From assembly GCA_001179505.1 (NCBI GenBank), contig CDMY01000476.1, positions 5,465 through 69,464 on the forward strand: a DNA stretch of 64,000 nucleotides. The letters are read 5' to 3'. The translations under genes and the position numbers were made by a program. Positions 1 to 13,961 of this stretch are shown one piece after another (the first letter of the stretch is position 1; each line of letters starts with the position of its first letter). Origin of the DNA: Vitrella brassicaformis CCMP3155. Lineage: Eukaryota > Protista > Chromerida. Under the pieces are notes generated by a model. It was not told the DNA's origin, did no database searches, and saw only the letters and a list, made by a program, of their open reading frames with translations.

Positions 1-3000
1 AGGTGTGGGCGGCGCCTCCAGCTTCGGCGGGGGTGTCTTTGGTGGTGAGGGAGGTGTCACCTCTCCATCCCCCTGGCCCTTCTTCTTCTTGGCCATTTTC
101 CGAGACGGCGGCCTCACTATCTTCACAGGAGACCTGCCAGCCGGTGTGCTCGCCCTGCTCACGGCTGTGCCGGGACGGCTGCCCGTGGGCGTCGTGTCGG
201 CCGAGGCAGGGGCCGTCTGCGGACGCCTCTCGATTGGGAGAGGGGGCGGGGTCGACGGTCCGGCCGATGACGGCTCCTGCTGCTGCTGTTGCTTGGCCAT
301 TTGCTGGTCTCTGGCCAGTTGTTTGGCTTGTGCCACTGACGCTGCGACCCTCTCTTCGATGGCCTTCTCCTGCGCCTCTTGTTCTGCTGGGGGTGTCTTG
401 GGCTTGGGGCGACGCTTCGCTTTGGCCTTTCCCCTCCCCTGTGGCCGGCTCTTGCTCTCAGGCGAGGACGCATCCCTCTCGCTGCCGTCCTTGTCGGCCT
501 GCTGCTGTGGCTGTGCCTGTGCCATGTCTCCTCCCCTCTTCACCTGCATCAGCGGAGCCGCCACTGCAGCAGCCAGGACGGTGGCCGGGCTGCTAGCCTC
601 TACAGCTGGGTCTGGCTGAGGCAGCTGCATGTCGACGGGCCTCTCTGTCGGCCTGGGCACTGCCTTGACGGGCTCGGCGGCCTCTTTCGGCCGCTCGCGT
701 GGTGGTGTCCGGCGTGAAGAGGGGATGGCTGGGGAAGTGGATGGCGGCTCCGCGGCGCTTGGAACGTCGTTGGGGCTACGGACGCTGATGTCGTGAGTGG
801 CGAAGCAGGTGAATGTATTGTATTAGTGTAGTCACTGCTTGTTTCTCAGGTGGTGCTTACGTGAAGTTGGTGTGTTCCTCGATGGCTTGGTCTGACCTGA
901 CGGCCCTCTTGGTCGTCATCGGTCGCTTTATGCGCTCCAACACACATCTGACAGCAAGACAGAAGGGAGAGAACAGAACACGAGACACGGGCATGGGAGT
1001 GGGAGTCTCTCTGGCTGACCTCAGCCTCTCAATAGCCGTGTCCACGGCATCGATGTTGCCGGGCAGCAGCAGCTGGAGGGCAAACTTGATGAAAAGGAAA
1101 GCTGCAACACACAAACAGCATGGCCCTCACCAGGTGCTGCATGCACGTCTCTCTCATGTCACGCACCGAAGCAGTAGAAGAACAGGGACTCTAGCGCGTC
1201 AAGTGGGTCGTCGTCATCGTCGCCCTGCGGGCCGTCCTCCGCCTTGGGCAGTATCCCGCCAGCACTGCGCACTTTGGCCGTGAACGAGAGCAGTGATGCG
1301 TTCGTGAAGATGGCAAGGTAATTCAGACCACTGAACGGATAGAATGTAACACATAGAGTGACGGACTGCTTGAAATTGTGATTCAGACGGCCCACCTGAA
1401 AATGGCATGCCAGCATCCGATGTCGAACTCTGCCTGTGGGTGAGGTCTTCTGACTAGCGTCTTCAGCTTTGTCGTGTCGACATAGAGCTCAAACAAAGAA
1501 GCCAGGAAGACCAGCAGACCAGCGAGAGGGAATGAAATGGAGAACAGGGCGAGAAAGCCGAAGCTAATGCTCAGCTCGAGGTAGTCGTTGATAGTTCCGT
1601 CATACGCTAGGACAGCCTCGCCGTAGGGGTCCATCTCCATCTCGCTGTCGACTTGTTGGATGATCCTCGACACACCCTTCGCCCCACCTGGCCCACCCTT
1701 GACGCCGTCCTCCTTTGTCCGCTGCCTTTCTTTCCACTGTGCGACGATCCACGGCCTGCCAAGCTCCACCACGTTCATCAGGGCCCGGATCACTATCAGC
1801 GAAGTCAGCTGGGCATTAAGCTCATCCATGCAGTCTGAACACACAAACAGAGTGAGACGGACGGGCATGTGAGGGGTGGGGTGCGTTGCGGTGGGTGCAT
1901 TACTTGGTCGACAGCCTTCTCTGTGCTCCTTGGCAAAGGCAATGAAGAACAGTGAAGCATACGAGTTAACAAACTGAAACCCAAGACACACGCAAGAGCA
2001 CAGTGACAGTGCCTCCCTCCCTCCTCTTGTGAGAGAGAGGTACCATAAAGAGGAAGCTCTTGACCGCATACGAGTACTGGAAGAGGGAGTATGTCCGGTG
2101 GTTCTCCCACTTTGTGAGCGCCAGACAGACCGGCCGATAAGCGGCGTTGAATATGTTCAGCTACACGTAGATGAGACGACGGACCACACACATTGTGCAG
2201 GCGCCACGTCTTATTCTACCCACCTGAATGGCGGTGAGGAGACCGACGACGTGCCCGCTCATATCGTAATCGAGCACATAAAACCACCCCTTGTTAGCAA
2301 ATGTTTTCTGCAGCACATGCATGTAAGGACGGACAGTCATTATCCTCTCGCACAAATGTCTAATGTCTCACACACCTTGAGCGATAAGATCAGGATGACA
2401 AGTCCCAAAGCAACGAGCGAGAAGAGCACACTGACAACGGCCGCGACACTGATGCGGGCATATTTCCTCAGAGGAGCGAAGTAGAGCTCGCCGGGCTCCC
2501 CAGTCACCGGCGAGCGCCGCAATATGCCGAAGAACTGCATCCGCGGGGGCTCGCTCACCGCCTCCTGGTGTCCCACACGCCCGAACCATAGAGCAATGCG
2601 CAGCTGTCTGCAATACAACCGACAACGGCTTCGTGTGTGTGTGTCTGTGTGTGTGTGTGTGCCTACTTCCTTTCCCATGCGATCAGAAAGCATGTGGTCC
2701 AGATTGAGAGGAAGAGGGCGTTGACCAGTCCAACACGATACTCGAACTCATCATCGAAATCCAAGTAGTACAAAATCTGAAAGGCCACACCAAAATCTGA
2801 CAGGACAGTGGCTACACTCCTTCTCACCTGGAAAGCCATGCCAAGAGCAGCGGGCCAGAGCATGCACGCCGAATAGTGCCGCAGGAAGCAGAAGTACACA
2901 GCGATCTTCTCGCCATAGTAAAACGCCTCATTCCTGAGGCGACATTCCAGCACAGAGAGACACCAGTGAGAGGAAAAGCTTTACCGCTCCCCAGCCTCCC

Positions 3001-6000
3001 ACCCACCTATCCTCAAACATGGCCCCTAGGCATCGTGCGGTGCTTCTGAGGCAGCCACAGCAGCCTTCGTCGGCAGGTCTTTTGAACAGCAACGCACCAG
3101 AGGCCTGTATGAATGAATCGCTCAGACAGAGACACAGCAGTGTGCCTCTAGTGTTGACGGACACAACACACCGGCCCCAATCGCACCTCTTCAATGGTGT
3201 TCTCGACGGCCTGCTCGTCGTCCTGAGTGACGTCTCTGTGCTCCTGCGCCCGCTTGCTCCACCTGGAAGCCATCTCGCCGCCGTCATCGATCATCACACG
3301 TGCTGACGGCACCTTGCGGTCGCTCTGCGCCTTTGCTTGTGTCGCTGATGCGCCCTTGTTCGCGTCTGTGTCGTCTTCTGGTGTGACGAATGACCGCATG
3401 AGGGCATAGAAGGTCTCAATGGAGGTGAGGGCTGTCATGCGCAACGGCAGGTGGGCGTATAGCTTGTCAACAGGGCGGACTGCAAACGAGCAGGGAGGCA
3501 ACACAGCGGCTCGGCTGTTTGCTTGTTTTTTGTTCCTTTGCACCAATTGGAAAGAAGTCAACGACAAGGTCCTCTGTGATGAGCGTATAGAGGTCGATCT
3601 GCCTCATGATCTGGTCGTAGATGAGCCGCAGACGGTCAGTGGGGCTGAAGGGAATCGACACACTCGCACCTGCGCCAACAAAATGTCCGATGCGGTGCTT
3701 GTGGGTGTGCCCGTGTCTCTGTACGTCTCACCTGTCTTCAGCTTTCGGCATGGATATCTTGACCACAGCAGCGCGTGATAGGTGCGATCGTACTCGGCCA
3801 GCAGACGGGTGACAGGCTGGCGCAGACCTGATATGGGGGGCACCAAATGGCGACGGGCATTCTTTTCTGTTTGATCGCCCCATCCATCATCGCTTGTTTA
3901 CCCACCGAGTCGCTGCCACACCGACTTCAGCTCGAGCTGTCTCATCTTGACAACCAGCTTCCGGCCCCACACGCCCTCCTCCCGCAACCGCACCCTCGTC
4001 TCCAAGTTGACCTCCCGCATGGCGTGCAGGGCGTCCTTGCCAGCCTTTCTCTCCTCCAGGTACCGCAAATACGTCCGCTCAATCTCGCCCCTCACTGCCT
4101 CCTCTGCCTCGCCCCACTCGTCGACATACGCCTGTTCCGACGTGGGTGTCTGGGCACTCTCCTGCGTGGCCGAGGCGTCGGGCTTGGCGATGTTCAGGCG
4201 TTTGAATGGCGCGGACAGGGCTGCGGTAATGTCTATGATGCCAGGGGTTGCGGCTGGGGCTTTGGGTCGCTTCTTGGGGGCGGTTGTGTGTGCGAGGCGT
4301 TCCAGGCTGCCTCGTCTCCGTCGAAAGTACGCGGCCTGGGCCTGGATGGAGCCGTTGGTCGTGGACTCTTCCTGCACACACGTATGTCGTCGATGCATGA
4401 AGGCGCCCTTGTCCCCCTCCGCCCGTGTCTGTCTGTTGCATACCGCTTGTTTGAGCATCGTGTCGGTGAGGTCTCGGTATGCGCTCTGCACCTGTCTCGA
4501 CTGTTTCTCCTGCGGGCCTGCGTAGAAGAGCTCAGCCAGGGGAGTGAAGCGGCTGGTGCAGGGCTCGTAGCTCTGAACATACCATGAATGGGGCATAAGT
4601 GGGCCATCCGTGTTTGGCATGAGTACCTCAGGGTCAGCGACGAGTAGGTTGATAGCCAGGGGATATCCCCTGCGGAGAGCGGCCGACTCGAGGTCTTGCT
4701 CGTCGCACGCCACCAAAATGTAGATGAACCTGAGACACACACACACACACACACACACATGGACAGCGCGATCTTTTGCTTGGTTTCACTCACTGGTAGT
4801 TGGACGAGAATGCCATCTCTACGGTGAAGTTCAGATGGTGTACTAGCTTCGTCACAATCACATTGCGCACCTGACATCCACACAGACACAGACACGAATA
4901 TTCGTAGCAATTACCTCCCATCCGTCCAATCGGTCCACCGACCAGTGACATGAAGTCAAAGCACGTCACTGGCGTTCTGGACTGACACCATCCATGGCCA
5001 GCTGCGACGAACGAGCTGCTTTGGGGCGCATTGTTCGCAGGGGGAGCGGTCGAGTCGGCGTCGGCTTGATTGCTGGGGCCTGACGCTCGTGGCTTTCCTG
5101 CTGCTGAGCGATCCTCCTGGGAGACACACGACATAATGCAGCCAATGAAGGAAGGTACGTGAGACGAAAGGCATTATTCTCTTCGTACAGCCGGCGAGAA
5201 GCCTCCTCCGTGAGACCAAGCTTTCCTCTCGGACCCGTCCCTTGCGAGCTTCTCCTCGCCGCCCACGATGGGAATATGGACTTCATCGCTTGCCACCTTT
5301 GAAGAGCTCGCAGGCTTTCTTTTGCACCAGCCTTGTCGTCTTGGGGCGTTAGGCAGCTGCTCAAAGGCCTGCATGCGACAAACATGGCCTCAGCTTAAGG
5401 CGCTCTCAGTGCTTGCTTTTGGCTTGCTTGTTTCTCACCTCCATGAATTTTTCTTCTTCGACTTTAAATCGCCGCTGCTGCTGACTGACGCCGTTGACGA
5501 AGACCTCTTCGCCTCTAAATGACTTCCGGAATAGGGCCTCGGCCTCTTCGTACGTCACGCCCCTCTTCCTCTTGGCTGTGGAGGGGTGATCGGGGTTGGG
5601 CACCTATATATGAGACAAACGTAGAATCAACGCCCACACACACCGACATCCCCGAATGATTTGCAGGTGAGGCTGTTGGTTGCTTACAACGATGACATAG
5701 TCCCACTGCAGCACCCCTTCGTGAAACTTGGCATTCTGAGAGACAACTGCCTTGCCATCTCCCTCCCGAGCATCCCCAAGGAAGAAGTGCACCAGCCTGT
5801 CAGCCCCGGCAGCCCCACCATGTACCCCCTGACCCGTCTCAGTTTCAGTCTCCGTCGCGGCCGTCATTTGCGGGATCTCTGCTCGGGGGGCCGCTTGCCT
5901 TTGCTTGACGAGCCTCTTTTCCGCTGTGTCGAGTGCCTCTCTGAGATGGGCCGCCTCCTGCCTGGCCTTCCTGAGGTGCGAACGGGTCTGATCCAGCTCG

Positions 6001-6354
6001 GCAAGCACATCATCATGGGCAGTTAGTATGTGGGGCAGGGAAGATGGGGAACTGGCCAGCTCGTCGCTCGCAGACGATTGACGTCCCTGTGCGGCAGACA
6101 CAGATACATGGATGGGCCGGGTATGGATGGAATCTGTTGCCTGTCGTCACCTGCTGCTGCCTTAATATGCTGTCCTGGATGTCCAAGAGGCTGTGGAAGG
6201 GCGGACTCTCCATCCTGCGGAGCGCCTGCTCGTAGGTCTGGCTGAGGTAGGCGATGCTCTCTTCCAACGCCTGAATGTCCACCGTCCGTGCTGGATCCTG
6301 GGATGCTGGCGAGGAATCCATCCTGTCGTCTCTCTGTGGCATCAGATTGTGCAT
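1..6354 (-). CDS. Anoctamin/TMEM16 family Ca2+-activated channel/scramblase; multi-exon, long coiled-coil N-terminus, low-complexity C-tail runs off the left edge
   Basis: Minus-strand exons carry typical anoctamin segments: PFSPTDRLRLIYDQI..DFFP (3467-3661), RNEAFYYGEKIAVYFCFLRHY (2663-2953), DYLELSISFGFLALFSISFPLAGLLVFLASLFELYVDTTKL..RRPHPQ..DIGCW (1383-1700) and NYLAIFTNASLL (~1290-1330). An open low-complexity frame continues from 784 to 1. Linking the 5' exons (5000-6354) to this gene is inferred. Confidence 0.9.
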
Positions 6355-6433
6355 TCGTGGGGAGATTGCATGCAGTTAGCTCGCAAACGATCTCCCTCAG
6401 TTTCGCGACTGCTCTCCCCCCAGACCACGACGA

Positions 6434-8217
6434 ATGGAGGCGTACGAGTGTCCTGTGTGCCACGAAAACATCTACTATGACGCAGCTCGGCGTATGATGC
6501 AGGCCGATGTGTGCGGACACAGAATGTAAGTGACTGCCGGCAGACACACACACAGCGCAGCAGCATCACCTGTCTGTTGTCTGTTGTGTGCGCCCTTCAG
6601 ATGCTCCAAGTGCGTGGACAAGCAGTGTAAGGCAGCAGAAGAGCTCATCGCCTGCCATCTTCTGTGTCGCGTGTGTGTGTGTCACACAGATCAGAATCAC
6701 TACACGATAGCGTGTCCCATCTGCCGGAATCCCATCAACAAGGACCAGTGGGGCGACAGAGAGCCGGACCAGAACGTATATGACGGCGAGAAGAGAGTCC
6801 GCAGGGACGTCAACGCGGTGTAAGCACAATCGAAGACAGACAGACAGAGAGACAGGTGTCCGTGGTGGGTCTTCAGGTACAATAGGACGAGGGAGGACTT
6901 CGCCAACACGCCACTTTACAACGACTACCTCGAGGAGAAGGAGGAAGTCGGTAAGGATGGCACCCACAGAGGCAGCGCGGCATCGGACACCGGACTCACC
7001 CATCTGGCTGTGTGGTTCGCTCCTCTGCTGTGTGTTTTCTTCCTCCCTCCTCTCCGCCTTCAGTGTATGTGTTGGTCTACAGCAGCCGAGAAGAGGAGAA
7101 AGCGGAGGCGCGCACCAAGCTCGAGAAATACCGCAACGACAACGCCACAGCCATATCGGCTAACAGACAGAAACAGGTCGGACGGACACCTTCCACAAAT
7201 AAATGACACCTGACGGCCGGCCGGCCTCACTGCTGTTTGGTCATTTTCAGGAGGATCAGCTGGCGCAGAAGATCCGCGACATCGTCAGCAAGGAAGGGGA
7301 CTTCTACGAGCGCGTCAAAGTCAAGTTCCAGCCCGGATTCGCACCCGCAGCGCAGAACCTAAAACTCACACACGTATGTATGCGTGTGTGTATGCGTGTA
7401 ATCGAGGGCACCCAGTCCGTCCGTGTATGTATGTCTGTGTCTGTCTGTTGTGCTGTCTGCCTGGCAGCGTCTGAAGGTGCAGTACTCGCATCTCTTCAGC
7501 GACACTGCTTCTCAGCGAAGGGCGGCGGCTGCGACAGCAGGGGCATCGACCGGATCTGCCGGGCTGCCCAGGGTGAGACGGACGGATGGACACGCACTCC
7601 CTCTTTTTTTGTGTGTGTACCTGTCGGGACGCGTGTGTGCGTGTGGCCGATTCATGCAGCCGTTGGGCGCCTTTCCCAGTGAGGATCGGCCGATGCCGTC
7701 TGAGCGGGCAGACTACCAGAGAGCTGTGTAAGTGCAACGAGCACCCGCACGCACATGCCCCTCCCTCAATCGTGTATGTATCTGTGTGTTGTTGCGGTGT
7801 TGCTGGCTGGTCGTCGTTGGTCGATCAGCGAGGCGCAGAAGGCAGCGGGAGGGTACAGTGCAGCGCTGTGCCGCCGGAAGGCCAGGCAGATCCTCTACGA
7901 CCCCTCCAAATGGTCCACCTGAATGAAGTCTGGAGCGAGCGACTAAGGAGGGTGGATGGTATGAGAGTGCTGCGACAGACAACGCGGGTGTTGATATGAT
8001 ATCGTGGGACGTGCAAACCGTAGACGAACATGTTGGTGGAGAAGTGAAGAAAACCGGAATACATAGTCCGTTCAGACAGACACACACACACATGGTACAC
8101 ATGGTCCGAGGGGTCGGGGGGAGTGGCGTGGACCCTTCGGACCAAAACATGAGACAGGCTATCGACATCATCGAGACACCGACGCGCACCCACACATTGG
8201 CTGAAAAAGCTTTCTGA
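6434..8217 (+). CDS. MAT1: CDK-activating kinase assembly factor MAT1 (TFIIH subunit), C3HC4 RING
   Basis: Spliced protein begins MEAYECPVCHENIYY..DVCGHRMCSKCVDKQ..IACPICRNPI (RING). It continues EKRVRRDVNAVYNRTREDF..YNDYLEEKEEVVYSL, matching the MAT1 signature (human KIYNKREEDF..YNDFLEEVEEIVFNL). Confidence 0.9.
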
Positions 8218-8918
8218 TGAAATGACACACAGAACACATACACAGCCTGTTCGTGTCGCCCAGCTGGGATGGCCGGCCGCATTCCCCCCTACCCTCCTCA
8301 CACCCACAGACGCGTCCATCCATCTCCATCCATCCATCCAGCCGTCCATATCGACAAGCCACCACACCATACAGGTCGGGCACTCGAGCGACTAAACAGA
8401 GAGACGACATCACTTTGTCGGTTTGGGCGAAATTGACGAATGCACGTGCAGCAGTGCCCAGCGCACAACGGAGGCACCTCGAACGCATCCTTTTGCAGAG
8501 TGGTGTGCTGTGTGTGCCGGGGTGGCTGTCTGTGTGTCTGTGTGTGTGTCTGCGTGTGTCGGCTCAGTCGACCGATTCGTTGACATACACACACACGTTG
8601 TGCCGACCAACCCAACCCAACCCACTCACTCAGTTAGTCCTTGATGCAAATCACGATGGAAATGACGATAAAGCAGACAAAGCCACACACACACACATAC
8701 AAACACTTGTGGATGGTGGACATCCGTCGACATGACACACCGACACGCGCACACGCTGGTTGATAAAGTACGTTGAGAAAATGACAGTGAGCAAAACACG
8801 TGCTGTGCGCAACCTGCCGCATTCCCCCCTACCCCACCCTACGCACACGCACAGACACACATCCACACCCATCTACCGCACCATAAATGTGGGGGACTCT
8901 ACACACCAAACAGTGCGC

Positions 8919-10827
8919 TTAATTGGGGCTGAAGAGGTGGAACTCCTGCACGTTCTTGACCGTGTCCATCACCGCCGCAGCGGTCCCGCACACACACACA
9001 GTCGTGCCAGCCGCCAGCTCCACACAGCACACCACCCTCTCTACCAGAGATATCTCACGCCAATAAGCGCGAAGGTACAACATCACCTGCACACCGAGAC
9101 ACACGCACACGCATGTTTTTGTTAGTGTGCGTCTCAGTTGTACGTGCCTGCTCACCGGGAAGATGAAGGTCAGCTGCGTGATCCCCCACGCACCGATAAT
9201 ACTCGCGATGTCGCCGAAAAACGGCAGCATTTGTGCGAAGAACAGAGCGAGAGCCAGGACGCCACACCGCAGCAACACTCGCGTCACGCCAGCATTCACC
9301 GACACCCACTTGCCATTGCCGTCCTCTCTGTCGGTGGCACTTGTTTCTATGTCGTCTTTTGCACTCTCCGCGGCTGCCGCCGCTGTCGTGGGCACAATGG
9401 CTCCCTTGTGTGGGCTGTAGGTGAGCTGCGTCCTGAAGGCATCGGCCCATCGGGTGGGGATGCTGAGAGCGATCTCTAGGTTCAGACACAGAGGCGTCTG
9501 GCACAACACCTGGTCCGCCGTTGACATGAGAAGGATCTAGACCAACACACATAAAGCAGAGCACAGAGCTGACTGGCCATTATTTCCGCGATTTTCGTTT
9601 CGCCTGCGTCTCTCGCTTACCATCAGGAGCATGCTGAGTACGAGGGGCTGACCGCTGTCCTCTTTGAGGGCGTCGATGTATGCGGGGGGCACCGACGCCC
9701 CGAAAGCGGCGTAGCCCATGAACGCCGTCAGCATGTTGAGCACAAGGCCCAGCCCACAGATGAAAGTCACCACACCCTCAAAATGCCCCGGATGGCGCAT
9801 TTCGCGCACCAGCTCAGGGAACAGAATGTGACCGCCGAAACCTGCAGGATCAAGACACAAAGACACAGACATATTGACATGTCGTGGTTCTGATGCACTT
9901 CGTCATCGCATCAATCACCGCACCGGTGAGGATGTTGGCCACGCCGAGGAACAGTGTCCTGAACGATCTCACGTCTGTGTTGTTGACGGCCACCACAGAA
10001 GGCTCAATGCTCCCCCGCTGCCACAGCGCATATGCCGGCAGCACCAGGTTGGCCCCGCTCGCCAGAAGACCAGCAGACGACATCAGCGCCCCAGCATGGA
10101 AGGTCGGCACGAGCAGAGCCAACGCCAGGTAGATGGCGAAGGTGATGTACCGCCACTGCGCGCCGTTCAGCCGAACGCCAATAACCTCCTCAGGGAAAAT
10201 GAGGGAGAACTGCGTCTGCTGGAAGATCGTGTTGCCGACGCAGTAGACGAACAGCTGGAAGATCTGCACGAAGCCGACGAAAGAGGCGAACCGTGGGCCA
10301 TACAGGCTGACGGCAAGCTCTCTGTAACTGCCAGCACAACGCGTCTTCACCTCCCCATTCTCCGCCTCTTCTTTGTAGAGCGTCGTGTCCTTGCAGAGCC
10401 TGCCCAGCATCAGCCCCGTGTGCCAGCTATAGAGCGCCGACAAGACAAACAACACAAGGGATGGCAGCCAACCGAGGAATGCCACAGCCCAGGGCAACAG
10501 ATACGGCCAGTAGAGGAACAAGAGAGATTCCACGCACGCGTAGCCCGACGAGAGGTGCCGGGCCACGCCGGCGTTGCCCGCCTTGACCGTGTCGTCATCA
10601 CAATCCGTTGCAGCCACCGGCTTGTTGGCCCTCATTCTGGCCGCAAGGTTCTCGTTGAGATGGTAGTCGGTGAAATCCACGTGAAGGTCTGGGCCGTGGG
10701 CAGGCGCCGTGTGTGAGGCTGCTCTGCGGGGGGAATGGTGGGCTGGCAATGGCAGCGAGGTGGACGGACTGGCAGCAGCCTGGGAGCTGTCGGTGTCAAT
10801 CGCGCCATCTCGACTCTGAGCTTCCAT
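8919..10827 (-). CDS. Amino acid/auxin permease (AAAP, Aa_trans) family transporter
   Basis: Many hydrophobic segments with AAAP-like motifs: LPWAVAFLGW, SYRELAVSLYG, GGHILFPELVREMRHPGHF, MGYAAFG, LPFFGDIASIIGAWGITQLTFIFP. Confidence 0.85.
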
Positions 10828-11235
10828 GTCGTTGTGCACTGGAGGGCCCCTGCCGCAGATCTGTCGTCGGATCTTCTCGTGAGGTCTTTCGGCCTCGTGA
10901 GTTGGTGCTTAGCTGATCATCTTGCTGCTGCTTCAACCTCGGAGGAGTAGGCCTTTCTGCTTCTCCTTCTCGGTCTTCCCTGCGAGCTCAAAAGCTTCTG
11001 ATGAGGCTGTAGTTGGACTCACTCAAAAGCTTGCAATGGCCAATGGCAGAGGCGAAGAAACGCTGTCTGCGATAGATCTGAAGAGCCTCTGCCGACACAG
11101 AAGCGATGTAAGACAGAAGCGATGTAAGCACGTGGATGGAAGTGATGTTCTTGGATGCCACTGATCTTCCCTGTCTTCGTCTTTTCCTCGTGTGTCCCTT
11201 CTGCAGCCGTCTTCCATACAGCCGCCTCTGCCATC

Positions 11236-12294
11236 ATGGGTCTGCAAACGAAGCACCTACATCCGTTGGCGCTCGTCATCCTGCTCATCTTCGCTGACCT
11301 CGCCCGTGTCGGGAGTGCGGCCCAGCAGGCCGTCGGGCGGCTCACAAGACTGCAGAGATACCAGCCCAAGGGTGTGCAGTCGCTGCTGGCCGGCGAGTCC
11401 ATGAAATTGCAGCAGCGGCAGAACTTCAACATCGCATCGGAAGAGGCGCTCAGCGCCCATGCGCGCGTCGAGCTGCAGGCGTCCTACACATACCGGGTCA
11501 TCGCGGCGTACTTCGCCCGAAGCGACGTTGCGTAAGAGAGAGGGAGGGAGCGAGGGCCGCACGCGCTCAGCTGTCCGGTGATTGGTCATTTGGTGTCGTG
11601 TGTCACGCGGTGATGGTTGTTCTCAGGCTCGGAGGGTTCGAGGAGTATTTCCGGAAGAAGAGCGAGGACAGTCTCGAGAAGGCACAGACGTTCATCGACT
11701 ACATGAACAGGCAAGAGGGAGGGGACCAATCAACGGTGTGGACATCGAATACGTGTGTGTGTGTGTGTGTGTGTGTCAGTCGTGGCGGCATCTTCATCTT
11801 CCAGATGCTGGAGGCGCCCCGTTACGACTGGACCAGCGCCACAGACGCCATGAAGCATTCACTCGCAATGGAATTGGACATCAGTGACTCACTCCTCAAG
11901 GTAGGTAGATCACCATGTGTGTGTCTGTATCGATGACGCCGCTTCTGTCAGGTTCATCGGGTGTGCACAGAGGGCGGCGATCCGCAGTTCACCGACACAC
12001 TCGAGACATTCTTCATGCGCCGCCAGGTCAAACCGCCACCCCACCACCCAGCCCATCCGCCCACACACTTGCCGTGCTGTCTAAGTGCAGGTAGAACATC
12101 TCAAGGAGATCGCTGACCTGCTGACCAACATCGAGAGGGTGGGCCACAAGGGCGTCGGCATCTACATCCTCGACCGCGCCCTCAAGCAGGGAGGCGCAGA
12201 GGGGGCGGGCGCCAACCCCAACACAGGCCTGCAGGAGGCAGAGGCCGGCGGGGAGGCGGGAGCGGCCGAGGCAGGCGCAGCCGGGGCCGGGTGA
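11236..12294 (+). CDS. Ferritin-like protein with signal peptide plus transit-like extension (probable plastid targeting)
   Basis: The four ferritin helices are recognisable: EALSAHARVELQASYTYRVIAAYF, FEEYFRKKSEDSLEKAQTFIDYMNRQEGG, DAMKHSLAMELDISDSLL, DPQFTDTLETFFMRRQVEHLKEIADLLTNIERVG..GVGIYILDRAL. The N-terminus has a hydrophobic stretch LALVILLIFADLA followed by a basic ~40 aa segment. Confidence 0.92.
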
Positions 12295-12817
12295 TCCATC
12301 GATCCATTGATCGATCCACACATGGGTTAGAGGAGAGAGATGAGACGGGCGGGAGCTCAGCAAGGGTATAGGAGGGGGGTTGCTGGCTGGCAGGGTTTTT
12401 TCGCAGTGGTGTGTATGTCTGTACATATGAATGAATGGCATAGTGAGTTGACGAGCTGGTTAGGGCGAGGTGGGGTGGGGTGGGTGTGTGGCGCTCACAT
12501 TGGTCGTGTGCGTGTTTGTTAGGTTGCTGGCTAGCGCCTGTCTCGCGCAGGGTTTTTCGGTCAGCAGGGCACAGAGACGGCGCCTTGCTGTCTTTCTGAT
12601 CTACCTGTAGGTAGATTGCCCGTCATGTCATCTTCCTTATGATGTGTCAGTTAGTGCTAGGTCTTGTGGTGTGGCTGTCGATGGACGCACGCATTCTAGT
12701 CGGCCACTTACCATTACCATTGCGCTACGTGTCAATCAATGTCCCTTGGTCCATCTACCCACACGCACGCACATGTCTACCCACATCCACATGTTCGCTA
12801 TCCAGCTGTCTGTCTAT

Positions 12818-13961
12818 CTATCTGGGGGGCACAGCACTTCGTGCGCTGGTGGGCCGGCCATCCCTGTCCCTGCCCCCTTCCCCGCCCCCTCCCCCTGTGT
12901 GTGTCGCGATCGGCGGCAGTGCGCTGCCAGCCGCCTCGGCCTCTCTGACGCGAGGCTGGCTAGACAGGCCGTGGTGCTCGAAATTCCGCACTATCACATC
13001 CAGCGATATCCGCACTGTGCCTGCACACACACACACACGCACACACACACACACGCACACACGTGTAGAGGGGGGGCGGGAGGGAGTTCTGTGTGTTTGT
13101 GTGTGTGTGCCTGTACGCACCCGATGAGGCGGCGTAGAGCCGGGAGCGGTCCTTGGCGTGCTTGTCGATGACCTCCAGCTGGGTCAGCTGAGGACGGCCG
13201 CCCACGTAGTGTGCTGATATGATATGAATGACACACAATCATTATTCCTGGGTGCGTGTGTGTGGCCTTCAGCAACGTTGTCAGTCATCCACTGACCGTA
13301 GAGTTCCTCAGCGAACGTGCCGAGCGGCGTCCATGTGTTGACGTCTACCTCATAGTGGCCGGCCAGCGTCGGCAGACTCGACGTGCCGTACGACACTGCA
13401 GCCACAAACACACACAAACACACACGCACACATCCATGCATGCCAGCCACAAATGCCTGTTTGCTTCTCTCCACTGGTCGCGTACGTACCTACAAACACC
13501 CTCCCAAACTCGTCGAGCCGCCAGATCTGCAGGCGCACCCTGGGCCAGCCCGCGATGGATGTGGTGGCATAGTGCAGGTCAACAGGGTGGTTCCACACGT
13601 GAATACTCTCAACCTCCACCACACACACACACAATGCCTCCATCCATCCATCCATCCATCCATATTGCGCCGTGTGATTCCCTCGTCCATCTTCCCTTCC
13701 TCGTCTTACGTCTGTGTATGCCGTCTGCGTCTGCACGGGTCCCTCCCCCGCCCGGCTAAGCGGCAGCCAGTGCGGCCCCGCCTCCACGCTCATCTCACAA
13801 AACACACCATCGCTCGCCGGCACGCCGAATCCCCACCCTCCCTCCAGTGAGCCGATGAAGTGCACCTCGGCCGCACGGTCGCGGTCGGACCGATGGCGGT
13901 GGGACTTGGCCGGAGAAAAGGAACCGCGGACGGCGGAGGCAGCCCCAGGAGTGGCGCTCAT
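12818..13961 (-). CDS. B9D2: B9 domain protein B9D2/MKSR2 (ciliary transition zone)
   Basis: AEVHFIGSLEGG..VFCEM..GPHWLPL..QTQT, WNHPVDLHYATTSIAGWPRVRLQIWRLDEFGR and GHYEVDVNTWTPLG parallel B9D2 ([33 protein letters not shown]). Confidence 0.88.

Noticed and set aside
3-717. Long plus-strand ORFs (3-596, 5-619) and the many other overlapping ORFs in the track
   Set aside because: They are antisense or shadow frames of GC-rich exons, or read through microsatellite introns (CVCVCV, HTHTHT), and have no family motifs.
785-860. Apparent non-canonical GT..AC intron (860-809) flanked by ttcac repeats in the anoctamin tail
   Set aside because: A canonical acceptor (catcag| at 785) gives the same open frame, so nothing unusual is needed.
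8919-12294. Functional link between the amino-acid permease and ferritin as a divergent pair
   Set aside because: Divergent orientation is the default in this window and I see no biochemical connection.
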